Assembly (NCBI GenBank): GCA_030141605.1
Contig: JAQGDQ010000126.1
Span: 124,001-188,000, forward strand
DNA: 64,000 nt
Direction: 5' to 3'
Source: Tubiluchus corallicola
Taxonomy: Eukaryota > Animalia > Priapulida
Position numbers and translations under genes: made by a program. The notes beneath the pieces were generated by a model. It was not told the DNA's origin. It ran no database searches and saw only the letters and a program-made list of their open reading frames with translations. Shown here one piece after another: positions 50,241 to 64,000 of the stretch. How positions within the stretch are numbered: the stretch's first letter is position 1; every line of letters begins with the position of its first letter.

Positions 50241-53200
50241 TGTGATGCACTATATCATGGAAGATGTTTAGTATCGGCGTCTAATTGCTAGTGTTTCCCA
50301 CCCGAGTTCGGAGATCATCCTTGTTGTGGAGATCGCTGGCATCTATTAGAATTAAATAGAACATTGTAGAATGTTCCGTTAGAATAATCGTCCTACCTTG
50401 TAGAATGTTCTGAAAAGGAACTTCTATAAACTTCTCGGGCACGCTATATAAGGCGAAGCAGGCCGCTGACAGACACACGCTGATTCACACGGACGCCACT
50501 TACGCATTCTCTTGTATACTTGTATTTTCAGATACACTTAAACATTTCCCAGATTTTCACGTTTACTGTAATCATTTCGCATTCCTTCATACTTTTGTGT
50601 TGTAGTATTCTCACTTAATAAACTAGTTTAATTTGATGACGTGTTTTCTGGTTTTCTCTACGAGGCTTGCGAGAGAAACAAAACACAACAAATATTGGCG
50701 CAGTCAACAGGATCCTTGGTAACTCAGTGGACAGTTGTTTATTCAAGCAATGATGGCAGAGCAGATGGGCGAACTTATCAAGCTCCTCCGCCAACAGATG
50801 GATTGCCAAGCGCAGCAACACAAAGAAGATATGGATGCTATGAGAGGCTGCTTCAGGCTTGAACTCCTGAAGAGAATTACAGCTCAAGCATCCACCTTCC
50901 ACCTGCACCAGCGCTTACAGCTGCTATTCCACCATTTGCTGCTTTCGATCCAACTTCTGGACTGTGGCCTGACTACTGGTCAAGATTTTGTACCTTCATA
51001 GCAGCCAACGCAGTGCCTGACAAACAGAAGGCTCAAGTTTTCCTAACAAATCAGACTGCTGCCATCTACAAACAACTGGTGAATCTAGCAGCTCAACAGT
51101 CTCCATCCAAGGATATCAACGGACTAACAATTGACGAAATTGTCGACTTTATGAAGGAACAGTTTGACCCGAAACTCTTCATTGTGCGAGACCTTTTCAA
51201 GTTCTGGAGTGACATGCAACGGAAGCAAGGCGAAACTCCCCAGGAGTTACAGCCAGCATACGCCAAGAGGCTGCTACCTGTGACTTTTCTTCAATCCAAG
51301 ACCCACAAGATGAAGCTCTGAGGCAGAAATTCATATGCTCTATCAACAACGAAGCTGTTTTGAAGGCTATCTTCAAAATCAAGGATGAAGATCTGACTTT
51401 CGCCCATGCTATCCAAGTCGCCACCGAGACTGAAGACACGGCAAAGGCTGTCAGGGAAACTATCTACGGTTCCAAGACCAGGCACATCAACAAAGTAAAG
51501 CTAAACCAGAACAAGGGTCACCGAAAGAACCGTCAGCAGTCACATTACACAGACATGGATACAAAGTGCTACCATTGTGGAAAGGCCCACAAAGTGGCTG
51601 ACTGTCCCTACAAAGATGCCAAGTGTCATTTCTGTGACAAAGGACATTTGGAGGCTGTTTGCATGAAGAAGCAACGACGGCAACGGGACCAAAAATCTGG
51701 AAAGTCTGTGAAGAGAATCAGGAAAGATGAGCTTGTCAAGGCGATCCTCAGTGAAGTTCCCGGTAATTCTCCTAGTTTGGATGTCAAAGTCAACATCCAA
51801 GACCAACAGTTCAAGATGGAACTTGACACTGCAACCTCGGGAAATTTCGTTTCAGTGCCGGTCTGGAAACAACTAGGAAAGCCAAAGCTGGATGACGTCA
51901 GACATCGCTACGAGTCTGCCAGCAAGCACGACCTGCCAGTGCTGGGAACTTTCATGGGCCAGACCAAGGATCGAAAGACTGGTAAACAAAGCTCAATTCC
52001 TGACCTGAACCTGCTTGGACGAAGTGCTATCCAGAAGCTGGGAATTTCTGTGGACAATGCTCTAGGACTGAGAAGCATAGAGAGTCAAGACAAGAGCAAG
52101 GGTGTAAAAACGTCACATCCGGAAACCTCTTACACGTCTTATGCTTCCCTGCAACGACACTGCCACAACCTGTGTAATGAGTTCCCAGATCTCTTCAAAG
52201 AAGAATTGGGGTGTCTTAAGGACTTCGAACTGGAAGTGAAGTTCAAGTCTGACGCGAAGCCGGTTTTTCACAAGGCACGACCGGTTCCATTTGCTCTTCG
52301 AGATGACCTGGCCAAAGGTTATGAAGAAGACATCGCCAAAGGTGTCTGAAAGCCAGTCCACTTCAACGAATACGGAACGCCAGTGGTACCAATTCGTAAA
52401 GCTTACACTCCGGGCATACAGCAAGCCCACATTGCGGATCTGTGGTGACTACTCAATCGGCATCAACGATCAGCTAGAGGACCACCATCATCCGATGCCA
52501 CTCGCAGAAGAACTAATGCAGAAGCTGGGAGGCGGATATGGCTACACGAAGATCGACCTTGCTGATGCCTATAACCAGATTAAGCTGGCACCTGAGAGTC
52601 AATGCAGGCTAGCTCTCAGTACCCACCGTGGTGTACTCCTGCAACAACGACTTCCTTTCGGAATCAAGTCAGTGCCTGGTTACTTTCAGGAGATCATGGA
52701 GAACCTGACCAGTGATCTGCCTGGAGTTGCAGTCTTCCAAGATGATATGCTCGTCAGTGGGCAAGACACAAATGATCACCTGAACAACCTGAGATGCTTG
52801 CTCACTCATCTGAACGACATAATGTCGTCGTAAAAAGTGCTTGTTCGCACAACCAAGTATTGAATATCTTGGACACACCTTATCGGCCGAAGGAGTTGCG
52901 AAAGGATCCAAGGTCGAGGCAGTCATGAAGATGCCACCTCCTACAGATGTCTCAAGTTTGAAGTCTTTCTTGGGCTTGGTTCAGTTCTACGGGAAGTTCA
53001 TCCCAAACCTGGCTAATATGGCAGAGCCTCTTTACCACTTGACCAAGAAGACAGTCCCCTGGAAGTGGGGAGATGAGGAGCAAACAGCATTTCAACTGTT
53101 GAAAAATGTGCTATCCTCAGATCAAGTCCTTGTGCATTTCGACCCAGACAAGCCTCTGGGATTGGCTTGTGACACGACCAACATTGGAATTGGAGCTGTC

Positions 53201-54200
53201 CTGTTTCATTGTTATCCGGACGGAAGCGAGCACCCAATGTGTCCAAGATTCTCACAGCTGCAGAAAGGAAGTACAGCCAAATACATAACGAAGCCATAGC
53301 CATTATCTTCTGCTTACGGAAATTCTACCAGTACCTCTATGGGCGTCATTTCACACTGGTGACTGACCATAAGCCACTGACTTCACTCTTCGGACCGAAG
53401 AAAGGGATGCCACTTCTTGCAGCTAATCGTCTAGCTCGGTGGGCCCTGTGGCTAAACCAGTTTGACTACACCATCGAGTACCGGAAAACAGCAGATCACG
53501 GCAGTGCAGATGCCCTTAGTAGCTTGCCATCTGGAGAAGACAATGACTTCGACAGGGAGGAAAGTGGGGAAGACATGGACATGGTGTGTGCCATTAAAGT
53601 TCTCAGTCTTCAAGTGAAGCCTGTGGATGCCAACATCCTCCGAAAACAGTCAGAGAAAGATCCAGTGCTAGCTACGGTCATGCGCTACGTCCGAGAAGGA
53701 TGGCCGCCCAAGCACGCTGAGATCAACGGAGAAGTTGAAAAGTTCCGGAAGTTGTCGGATTCACTCAGTATCTGCCACGGATGCCTCATCCATGGAGCAA
53801 GAGTTGTGATTCCACAAAGCCTGCAGGTCCAAGATCCTGGATCTACTGCATACCGGGCACTTCGGCATGAAACGCATGAAACAGTTGGCAAGAACTGCTG
53901 TCTACTGGCCTGGTATCGATGCAGCTATCGAAATGGCTAGCCGACGATGTGACTTATGCGGAGAACATCAGAACAAGCCATCCAAGCCTACAGTTCACCC
54001 ATGAATGCTACCAGAGAAGCCATGGAGCCGCTTACACCTGGATCACACCATAAACTTCATGGGTACGAACTGGCTGGTGATCACGGATGCTTACTCAAAG
54101 TATCCATGCATTCACCCTACGTCTTCCACTAGAGCCACTCTAGGTTTGCTGGAAGAGGACTTTGCTCACTTCGGATTACCTCACACGCTGGTCACAGACA
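50241..54200 (+). mobile_element. Ty3/Gypsy (Mag-like) LTR retrotransposon, frameshifted and 3'-truncated
   Basis: Probable 5' LTR ~50241-50690 (start uncertain) and PBS. Gag with two Cys/His knuckles, protease LDTAT, RT (RICGDY, KIDLADAYNQ, RLPFGI, FQDD), RNase H (LACD, TDHKPL). Integrase ends at GLPHTLVTD. Confidence 0.92.
50696..50713 (+). other. Primer-binding site, tRNA-Ser type
   Basis: TGGCGCAGTCAACAGGAT resembles the complement of the tRNA-Ser 3' end (TGGCGCAGTCGGTAGGAT). It directly follows the LTR end ...CAACA. Confidence 0.7.
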
Positions 54201-55640
54201 GAGAAACCTTCCAAGAGAAACGAAACACAACAATCCTAGCTACTTCAGCATTTCTGGTATATTCATTTCGTACAAATCGTGCTGCATTTCGCTGGACTTG
54301 CTCAATGCACTTGTCTGTGATTAAGTATGGGTTCCAGGCTGCAATACCATATTCTAGTTTGGGTCTGACCAGGGCTTGATATGCTCTTTCTTTGACTTGT
54401 TGATGACAGGATGTAGTGTCCTGCAAATGACATCAAGTGTCCTGGTTGCATGAGTGACAACGAAGATTTGTGCTGATGCCCAGGTATGGGTGTTAAGGAA
54501 TATGCTTTAAGATCTTGTCTCCCATGCTGTGAGCAAAGTAATTTGGGTTATCTGAGCAAAGTAATTTGGGTTATCTTTTGAGAAATAGGTAGGATTTTAC
54601 ATTTATCAATGTTTAAGTCCATAAGCCAGTTTTCCCCCCATAATTGTAGCTGTGAGAGATCTTTTTGTAGAATATGGTGATCTTGATTAGTCCATATAGG
54701 TCTGTAGAGAATCGAGTTGTCAGCAAATAGTTGGATATTAGATGATACATTAGCTCAGATCCAAGTCTGAGCCTTCTGGGACTCCTGATGTAACATTCAT
54801 AGATTTGGAGTGAGTACCATAGACAGAGACCTTCTGCGTTTGCCCAGACAGAAAATATTTTACCCATTTTAACATATGACCTCTGATACCATAGAATATG
54901 AGCTTTGCTAACAGGCACTGATGTGGGACCCGGTCAGAAGCTTTGCTGAAGTCAAGCAGGACAATATCAACATGGCAAACTTTATTGCCTTGTTTGTCAT
55001 TTAACGCTAATGTCCAGTCATGTACTGCGCTTCTATCACCTGAGTTGAAAAACATGAACGAAAACCGTGTTGGATCCCCTTAATAATATTATGGTTATCA
55101 AGATGTTTGTTGATATGGGAGAGGCAAATATGCTCCATTATTTCACAGGCTATGCATGTTAATGAGACCAGTCTGCAGTTTGAAACTGAAGAAGTAGATC
55201 CTTTTTTGTGTATAGCAGTAACATAAGCAGTTTTACAGTCATCAGTTATACTTGAGGTGCTGAAGGATTGTTGAAAGATGAATCTTAGTATTGGTGCTAC
55301 TTCTGTGGCAAAATCATGAAAAGCATGAGCTGATAGTTTGTCAGGTCCTGTGGCTTTATGAGGGTTGACATGTTTAAGCTGTCGAACGACACCTTCCAGT
55401 CCAATATGTAGATCTTCAATTGCTGGGTATGGTGATTCTGGCAGTTTGGGGATGTCACCTCTCTCCTCTGTGAACTGAGCCCGGAAACGACTATTAAGTA
55501 CATCAGCCTTGGCTTTGTTGGAGACATAGATATTGCTTTCATCGACGAGAGTAGGGATGCCCATGTGTTCAGTATTCATGATCTTTACATGGCTCCAAAA
55601 GCATTTTGGATTTTCTGTTAGTGATCCACCAATTACGCCG
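54200..55640 (-). mobile_element. CR1/L2-group LINE ORF2 fragment
   Basis: Motifs NPKCFWSHVK, KATGPD, AIHKKG, LDFSKASDRVPH, TSGVPEGS, YQALVRPKLEY and EQVQRNAARFV. Confidence 0.9.
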
Positions 55641-56979
55641 TTTATTTATTCATGGTATGATCTTCGGGTATGATCTTTTTTAGAAGTATATTATTCATAC
55701 ACATGTATGCAGACCGCTGACATTGACACTGATACGTATCATAAATTTTTATTGGTGCTCGTGTAATAGTTATAATTTTAAAGATCTGGCGCTTTAAATT
55801 ACTGCATGACAATTGCTGTCTTGACATAATTTGTCACTCAAAGTGTTAATTCAAAATGACCAATGCCAGTAGTGCAATTTACAACACTAGTGGAATAGAA
55901 ACCTTATTAGCCGAACATTCTATAGATTCATTTTGTCAAACCAAACAAGGTAAAGACATCAACTATATTAAGACAACAACATGTCTTAATTTGTTTTAGG
56001 AAAAACTAAGAAGTTGTACTGGGATTCAGTCTACAAGACAAGTCAGCGCCTACATGTACTATAATGGCATAATTTCTTAGAACTTTTAGCATAGAAAAAG
56101 TACGTAAGAATTTTCCAAAACCGTTGTTTACACTGATTCGCTCGGTTTGCATAACTATAATGGCATGGTTTCTTAGAATTCGCAACAAAAGTAACAATAG
56201 TACAACAAAAGTAAGAATTTGCCGAAATGTCTTGTACATTGACTCACATGGACTTGACCTAACTTCCCTGGTTGCCCGGAACAATAATGTTTTTGTCCCT
56301 AAAATATAATCGTGGAAATTTCTAATAAATCATTAACTTTATTTAGGTATATTGCTATTGCGTGCATTTTTGAAGCTTGAAAATTTGAGAAAAGTAATAT
56401 CGGTATGAAGTAAAGAGTTTTTAATTAACGCAGCTAAATAATTTTAGTTTTCGTTTAAATGAATCGGTGCAAACATGTTAACCTGTTGACTGCATGTCTG
56501 TACACTAAATTAGTGATGTGACATGCCAGTAATAGTGTCAGTAAAATCGTGCAAAATATTTTGTTTTCGTTTCTTTGCAACTCGCGTACTTGAATTCCAG
56601 CTAATATTATCATCAATTACTTTGCGACATTGCACAAATTGTAATGTCGTTGAAAGATTACTTTGCACTATCCGGAAGTTTCCCGAGCCCTTTGAAGAAC
56701 TTGCATGTCTGGGACAACTGCGGCCCAAGTAGAACAATCCTTATAATTTATGTACAGTATATTTTACTGTGTACAGTATGAACTACTACAAAATAACAGT
56801 ATAACCGCCTTGAAGCAGTGAACGAACGGTACGCTTCTCGCTCGCCTTACGGTTCAGTGATTTTATGATTTTAGACTGGCAATCAAACCCATGAGCTTTC
56901 TTCAAGACAAAATGATATCATTGCGATTGTTGCTATTTTTGCTGTATGTTTCTGTCTTGCGTGCAGTTTCTCTTTTCCC

Positions 56980-57185
56980 CATCATCATCACCATCATCAT
57001 TGGTGTATGCTACATATGTTTTGTTGCTGCTGTTGCTGTTGTTGATGTTTTGTTGTTGCTTGTTTGTTTCATGCATGCTGTTTTTTGTGTAATCATAGTT
57101 GTCGTCATTATCATAATCGTTATCATCTTCAGCATCATCATCCTTGTTACATTTGTAATTTTGTTGCTGTTGTTGTTGCAATTAT
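56980..57185. repeat. Degenerate trinucleotide low-complexity tract (ATC/GTT/GCT)
   Basis: Directly visible. It explains the hydrophobic and Gln/Asn-rich ORFs here. Confidence 0.8.
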
Positions 57186-57631
57186 TTGTAATGAGACCTA
57201 CAAATGCTCTCTTCAGTTTAGTACCAAATTTTCCAGTAACAAACTTTCCTAGTACCAAAATTTGCTCGAAACAAGTTATTGCTGTAATTATAGCAAAATA
57301 AATTAACTGTTGTTGATTAATTGTGTCCGCTAATTTATTGAAGAGAGCGCTGAAAAACTTTTGGCCAACTAGGACTTGAACCATTAAGTGCCAGAATTTT
57401 GCCATTTCAGGACAAATGATTGCCTTATGACAAATTACAAAATACTATATGCTAAAGATATTTATTGTTTATTTTCAGATTATTACAGTTGACTTTCAGG
57501 CTTCAGGGCAGCTTCATGTGTTTGACAAAACAAACGGTTGATAAAATTGGCTGCTGTGTTACATTGCATTATTTGAAACCACGCGCCGAAACCACAATTA
57601 AAAGGCAGCTTTTCAAAGGTTCTTACACCTG

Positions 57632-57787
57632 TGTAAAGGCAATTGGTAGAACGGAGCTGATTTGTGCAATGAGGAGACGTCGTGCAAAATGGCGTAATTT
57701 TATAGGAAAGTAATTTCGTGAGAGGATCCAATTTATGTCTTGGTTGCTTGCAAACAATTGTCTTTTTTTTAATAAAGAACCATAACA
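57632..57787 (+). repeat. 5' LTR (156 bp)
   Basis: Direct repeat of 62657-62811, about 4 differences. Confidence 0.95.
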
Positions 57788-60700
57788 AACAGCGGTGGGA
57801 TCAGGAGTCCAGGATCAAGGATAAAATGTTATTATAGTGTTTTAATAGCAATTTGAAAGCAGTAGTGAAACAGCGACGATAGCAAGCATGGTTATGATTG
57901 GACCAGGTTGGCGGTATAGCAGCGTCTGGTGCTTCTAGCTGGCATGGTGATGAATTATAGCATTTACTGTTAGCGAAAATAACATTTTATGGTAAGATAA
58001 CATAGCAAGCAAATAGCATACCATTATGGGCGATGAAGAACCAGATGGTGGCAATGTAGCTGGAGTCCCAGCAGCTCCTGTAGCGTCATTACCGGTGGTA
58101 CAGGCACCGAGCTTCGATGGCAGTTCAGACTTTGATAAATTTATTAAGAGATTTGAATGAGTAGCAATAGTGAATAACTGGGATAATACTAAGAAATTCC
58201 AAGTATTGCCAGCTTTGCTGCATGGTGAAGCAGAGAATGCATTAGATACCCTACCTTATACAGCTAATGATTATGAACAGTTGAAAGCGCACCTAAGGTG
58301 TATTTTTCGCACTGAGCAAGCACAGCGATTGTATCTTACCCAGTTTAATCAGCGAACTCTGAAGCGAGATGAGTCACCATTCACATATGCCAGCGATCTT
58401 AAGAAACTAATCCTGAAATAACTGATGCTAATGTGATTGATAGTTTTTGTGTACAATGTTTCATAGACAGTCTTAAACCAGAACTGCGCACAAAGTTTTA
58501 TGAAGCTGACATTCATACACTCGAAGCAGCTATTAAGAAATTAAATAGTGTTCTAATTACGAGAGATGTAGTTAATAAGCAAGAAAATAGTGTTGAACGG
58601 AGACAGCAACCTACAGCAAGACATCAGTTTGATAAGAGTGCTCATCACGAAAAGCCACTTCAGTCTAGCATAGTTTGCAAGTACTGCAAAAAGCCAGGGC
58701 ATACACCAGAAGCTTGCATGAAATCTTTCAAGTGTGGATTGAGGGGTCATCTAGCACGAAAATGTTATACCTCGTGTAATGCATGTAAACAAAAGGGGCA
58801 CATAGCTCGCAACTGTACTTTAGCTAAATCTCCAACAGCCGTGAAATCTGATACAATTTCTGCAACTTTAAGCAGACGAATTACTGGCAAAGATGATAGC
58901 TTGGGTGTGAAACTGACTCTGGGTCAGAGAGAAATATTAGCTATATTAGATGGAGGTTCGACAACTTCTTTGATCAGTTTAAAAGCTGTATAGCAAGCTG
59001 GAATTAGTTTTGTGCCTACTTCCATAAATGTGGTAGCAGCGGATCAAAGCATTAGTTTGAAAGTGCATGGCACTAGTGTTATTACAATTCCTGTGTCTGA
59101 TACAAGGAATGTCAAGCTTCAGTTCATCGTAGCAGATTGCGATGATGCCATGATTTTAGGTATCGATTTCTTATGAGCAGCTAATGTTGTCATTGACCAT
59201 GGGCGTGGTGCTGTAACTGTAGAAGGAGCACCTGTGACAGCATATCGAAACGGAGTACCAGTGCCCATTGTCACTTGCCGAGAAAATGTTGTTTTGCCAC
59301 CAGCGTCTGTTGACCGTTTGTAAACACGTCGTACAATGTTTCTAGAACCAGCAGTTGTGGGGATTCCAAGTTTGGCTTTAGCTCGAGTCTGTGTTAATCC
59401 TGATTCAGAGAATATTCCAGTACGATTGATGAATTTCACAAAACACCCTGTTGTGTTGCAGTCGGCTTCCGTGCTGGGAAGATTGCAGTCTGGTGATTGT
59501 GAGCCTTTTGCTAATGCTGTTACTGTTGAGTCTTTGCAGGAAAATAAAGCTTCAGTAGAGGAAGCAGGTAATTTGAAGCAAATCAAGGAGATTGATTTAT
59601 CCAATCTAAATAAAAAGCAGAAGCAGAAATTGCAAGATCTGTTGATCAAGTACAAAGATATCTTCTCCTTGTATGGTGAGCTAGGACGAGTGCATAGTGT
59701 TGAGCATGCAATTAAGGTAACAGGACCGCCTATAAAGCAAAAGCCGTATTGCGTGCCTGTTCATTTAAAACAGAAAGTTGATGAACAGCTTAAGGAGATG
59801 CTAGAGCAGCAAGTGATAGAAGAAACCGAGTCACCATGGGCAAGCCCGATAGTCCTTGTCCATAAGCATCATGATGGAAAATATAGATTCTGCCTAGACT
59901 ACAGACGTTTGAATGCTGTTACACATGAAAGTTTGTTTCCACTTCCAAGGATGGATCAGCTACTCAATAGTGTAGGAAACACAGCTTGGTTTACAACACT
60001 GGACCAGAAAGCAGGTTACTGGCAGATTCCTTTAGAACTGGATGCCAAAGAGAAAACAGCTTCAGTTTTCAGTGCTCCCTTTTGGGTTATGTGATGCACC
60101 TTGTACCTTTCAAAGGTTAATGACCTTAATTTTTAAAGGTTTACAGTGGAAAACTGCTCTTATTTATTTAGATGATGTACTAATTTTTAGTGATACTTTT
60201 AAGGAGCACTTAGTACATTTATGCGAAGTTTTTGAATGTATTAGGCATTTTGGTCTGAAACTAAAGCTAGAGAAATGCCACATTGCTAAAAATGAAGTAA
60301 CATTTTTAGGTCACATGGTTACATCCTGTGGCGTATTTCCTGAACACAGTAAAATTGAAGCCATACAAGCATGGAAGTGTCCCATTAATGTTAAAGAAAT
60401 CAGACAGTTTGTTGGGTTTTGTAGTTATTTCAAACACTTCATTCCCAATTTTGCAACCATAGTTGCATCTCTAACTAAGCTTACACGAAAAGATGTACCA
60501 TTCATATGGTCAGAGGATTGTAATCTAGCATTTAATTGTTTAAAGGCGAAATTGATATGTGAAACTGTTTTAAGAAACCCAGACCCAGAAGTGACATTTC
60601 GTTTAACCACGGATGGTAGTGGTGAAGGTTGGGGTTGTGTTCTGAGCCAGTTTGACAAAAATAACCATGAGTATGTGATCTTGTATGTCTGTGGTTTATT

Positions 60701-62656
60701 TAGTTCAGCGGAATTGAATTGTACGACTACACAAAAAGAGTTGTTGGCTGTTATTAGAAGTGTAGAAAAATTTAAGCATTATTTGTTAGGTCAAAAATTC
60801 ATTTTGATTACAGACCATCAAGCTTTGAAATGGCTCCACACATTGAAAGATCCTAAAGGTAAACTAGCAAGGTGGATTATGTTTTTAGCTGATTACAATT
60901 TTGAAATTGTACATAAGCCAGAGAAAGATATCCCACAAGCAGACGCATCGTCAAGAATGCGTAGAGAAGAAGTAGCTAGGAGAGCAAAAGCTAAACAAGC
61001 AGACAGCGCAGATGGAGAGCTAGCATTAGCCACTGAGCAGAATGAGAATTTTAGGTGGCTAAGAGATTACTTGCAAGGAAAAGTAGATTTAGCAGAGCAG
61101 CCAGCATATGAAGAAATAGAGTTTTACTTGCAAGAAAAGCATAACCTAAGAGTAGAAGATGGAGTGATAGCTAGACAAACTTGTGAAGAAAAGCAGCCAC
61201 AGTTTTTAGTTCCAGCAGAGCTTAGGAATAAGATATTTCAGCTAGCACATGAAGCACCCATTTCAGGACATTTGGGTATAGCAAAAACTGTGCAGAAAAT
61301 CACTCCTAGATTCTATTTTTTCAATTTGAAGAAATTTGTTAGGGCTAAGTGTCAGCAATGTTAAGCTGTAGCGAGGTCAAAAGATGAAGTTTAATGATAC
61401 AGTGTGTCAAATACTGTCTCATTTTGTAAATGATAAGCAAGATGACTGGGACAAATTTGTTCCTGCAGCTTTGGCTGCATACAGAACATCAGTTCATGCT
61501 ACAACTCAGTTTACTCCTTATGAGTTAGTATTTGGTGAAAAGCCCCGTACTTTATTAGAAGCTGAGTTTGATTCACCACATGTACTTAGTTTGCATGATA
61601 GTTATAACGATTATGTTAGTGATTTGCGTATAGATAGCATATAGCAAAGCAGATAAACATAGCAAAGCAGAACATTATAGCATATCAGAATAGCCGTATG
61701 AGGTTGAGCAAGTCTAGAGGCTTGATAGTAGTTGGTGATAAAGTTATGCTGAAAGTATTTGCTGTAAAACGTGGTAGAAAAAAGAAATTAGCTAAACGGT
61801 ATTATTACTAAAAGGTATAATTAGCACCTGATTATGTAATTCAGTCAGCAAATGGTAAGCCAATGCTAGTTCATGGAAATCATTTAAAACTGTGTAATGT
61901 AAATGTTGACAAAGCTAATGATGTAATTCAGCTTGAATCAAGTTCGGGAGGTGCAGAACTAGCTGATGCATGTGCCGATAAAAATGTATGTGTAGATGTA
62001 GATCACATGTGGCAACTTCCTGATGTTAGAAATGACAATCATAATGTTGTTAATGATGTAATCCATGATATGATATTGATGTTGCAAATAATTCAGACGT
62101 AGATGATTTTGTTGAATCTGATGAAGAAAGTAGTGACAGCAGTGATTCTGAATTTGATGTTGAGTTAGGACGCTCGTCTAATGTGCCAGCTTATTATACT
62201 CGTTCAGGGAGAAAGTCTGTTCCTCCTAAGATTTTAGATGTTTAGATTACATTTAGCATTATAGTTAAAAGTTTCATGCCTTAATTTTGAAAAATTGTAT
62301 GTTTAGACGGCTTATATACTTTCATCAGAGTTGTACTGCTTCAGGGTACAACTCATCAAGAGGGTTTTGCAATGCAAGTGTGAAACACTAGATCTTAGAG
62401 TTTACTACATAATATAGTGTTAGCTATGCTTTTGTATTTAGTATTGGTTGACAAGGTTAATTAAGAGCATATTGGCAGCAGTATGTAATAGTGTGAATGG
62501 AGCTTTGTTAATAACCTTGTTATAGTTTCAAAATTTGTGCAATTGCAAGTTGCTTCTTAGTTTGTTTGAGGCAGTTAGAATAGTAACTGTAGCATTGACT
62601 AATTGTGCTTAACTTGTACAGATTGCCTTTTTAAGGTTTTTATAAGTTCGGGAGAA

Positions 62657-62811
62657 TGTAAAGGCAATTGGTAGAACGGAGCTGATTTGTGCAATGAGGA
62701 GACCTCGTGCAAAATGGCGTAATTTTATAGCAAAGTAATTTCGTGAGAGGATCCAATTTATGTCTTGGTTGCTTGCAAACAATTGTCTTTATTTAATAAA
62801 GAACCATAACA
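62657..62811 (+). repeat. 3' LTR (155 bp)
   Basis: Preceded by a short purine tract GGGAGAA and followed by TSD CCTG. Confidence 0.95.
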
Positions 62812-64000
62812 CCTGCATTAAAAAGTATAATGTATGTGCAATGTCTGATTGATAAAAAAAACTGGCTGACCTTGAAACGACAAATTTGGTGAAATGAGGA
62901 TTATGAGGAGTATATGTGCTGTGGTGAAGTTGTATAAGGACGTGCATTGACTTTGTATGTTGGAAAGGATTATAAACAAAGATAGAACGAACAGCAAAGC
63001 ATTTCAACTTCTTTCCTCACTACCTAGTAGCAAAACCATCTTATCTACGTTGCCACTATTATTTTAGTTTGTAAACTGTGACTTAGAAGCCGCAACTGCA
63101 TTGGAAGGCTCGACAAGCTTCGCGCTGAACTTGAAATTGTTGATGCAACTTTCTGAATTTTTGCGGGCTTATTGCATTGTTGCAAGACTGAAACATATTT
63201 CTCTGTACAGTGATAATCATTAATAAAAACTGACACGCACGAAAGACATGCGATGCGGTACCGAACGTTTGTTGCAAACTTGCATTAACTCCGGAAATGT
63301 TGACCTATGCACTATACAATTTTAACAAAACCTGAGTTTTTAGTGTGTTTTATATTCTCGCGCAATTAATTTGTTATACGTTATGTGAAACTATTCATGC
63401 GTGTCATTTAATTTTTTAAATATTTACGCCGTATGCCACCTTCGAGCTCGAACACGAGCAGTGAGGTTGTGCACTGCCTAGGGTTCCTAATCTAATGCAA
63501 AAGAAAAAGCTTGAATAGAATACCTTCAGTACAATTATAGTAGTTACACTTATTATTAGGCCTTTTATAGAAAGCCTATATGCATACCCATAATTATATA
63601 ACCAAAACGGTAGATTTTTCGTACACCTAACTGGAATTTTCTTGTAGTAATGATTCAAGTTGACACCGTCCTGTACATTAAAAACAAATTTTACCTATTC
63701 AAGTACAAGAGAATGTTATTTTAAACGTACAACAAAATTAATGGTCATTTTAAATGAACAGTTAACGAAAACTGTCTTTACTATACTTATAGATGTAATT
63801 TCGAAAAAAACGAAGTAGATTTTATGCACACTACTTTTTACATGTAAAGCAAATTTGTCTTACCATCCATTTTGTAAGTGTCGAGATACAGCTAACATGA
63901 AAACGCGTATTCCACATAGAGGAAGAATGTATTATGGCAAACATCCGTCATACAGCTGTTGTATTGTTAATGTTTTGCACAGGTAACACAGATGTTCAGT

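Larger units (their letters stand above)
57632..62811 (+). mobile_element. Ty3/Gypsy LTR retrotransposon with both LTRs; decayed coding region
   Basis: LTRs 57632-57787 and 62657-62811 (TG..CA) and 4-bp TSD CCTG. Gag from 58026 with three CCHC knuckles, protease ILDGGS, RT (SPWASP, RFCLDYR, YLDD), RNase H (TTDGS, TDHQAL). Integrase HHCC present, catalytic core missing. Confidence 0.96.

Noticed and set aside
56891-57405. Hydrophobic 136-aa 'membrane protein' ORF and the antisense ORFs
   Set aside because: Produced by a degenerate trinucleotide repeat.

Overview
This is AT-rich metazoan (invertebrate-like) genomic DNA. The minus strand carries the 5' part of an MCTP gene (multiple C2 and transmembrane domain protein). 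I traced nine phase-compatible GT-AG exons encoding C2A, C2B and most of C2C, plus two alternative N-terminal coding exons and a 72-nt linker exon missing from the ORF track. The transmembrane exons lie beyond the window's left edge. Introns and the upstream region are full of transposons: a 2.77-kb P-superfamily THAP element (TIRs, perfect 8-bp TSD), two pogo/Tigger-like MITEs, several CR1/L2-like LINE fragments, Penelope and BEL/Pao remnants, a truncated Mag-like Gypsy and a complete-boundary but decayed Gypsy. The most unusual object is the P element. Its 654-codon ORF is uninterrupted and keeps THAP and the D-D-E residues, but lacks the whole GTP-binding insertion domain in frame. All family assignments come from motif recognition by eye; no searches were run.
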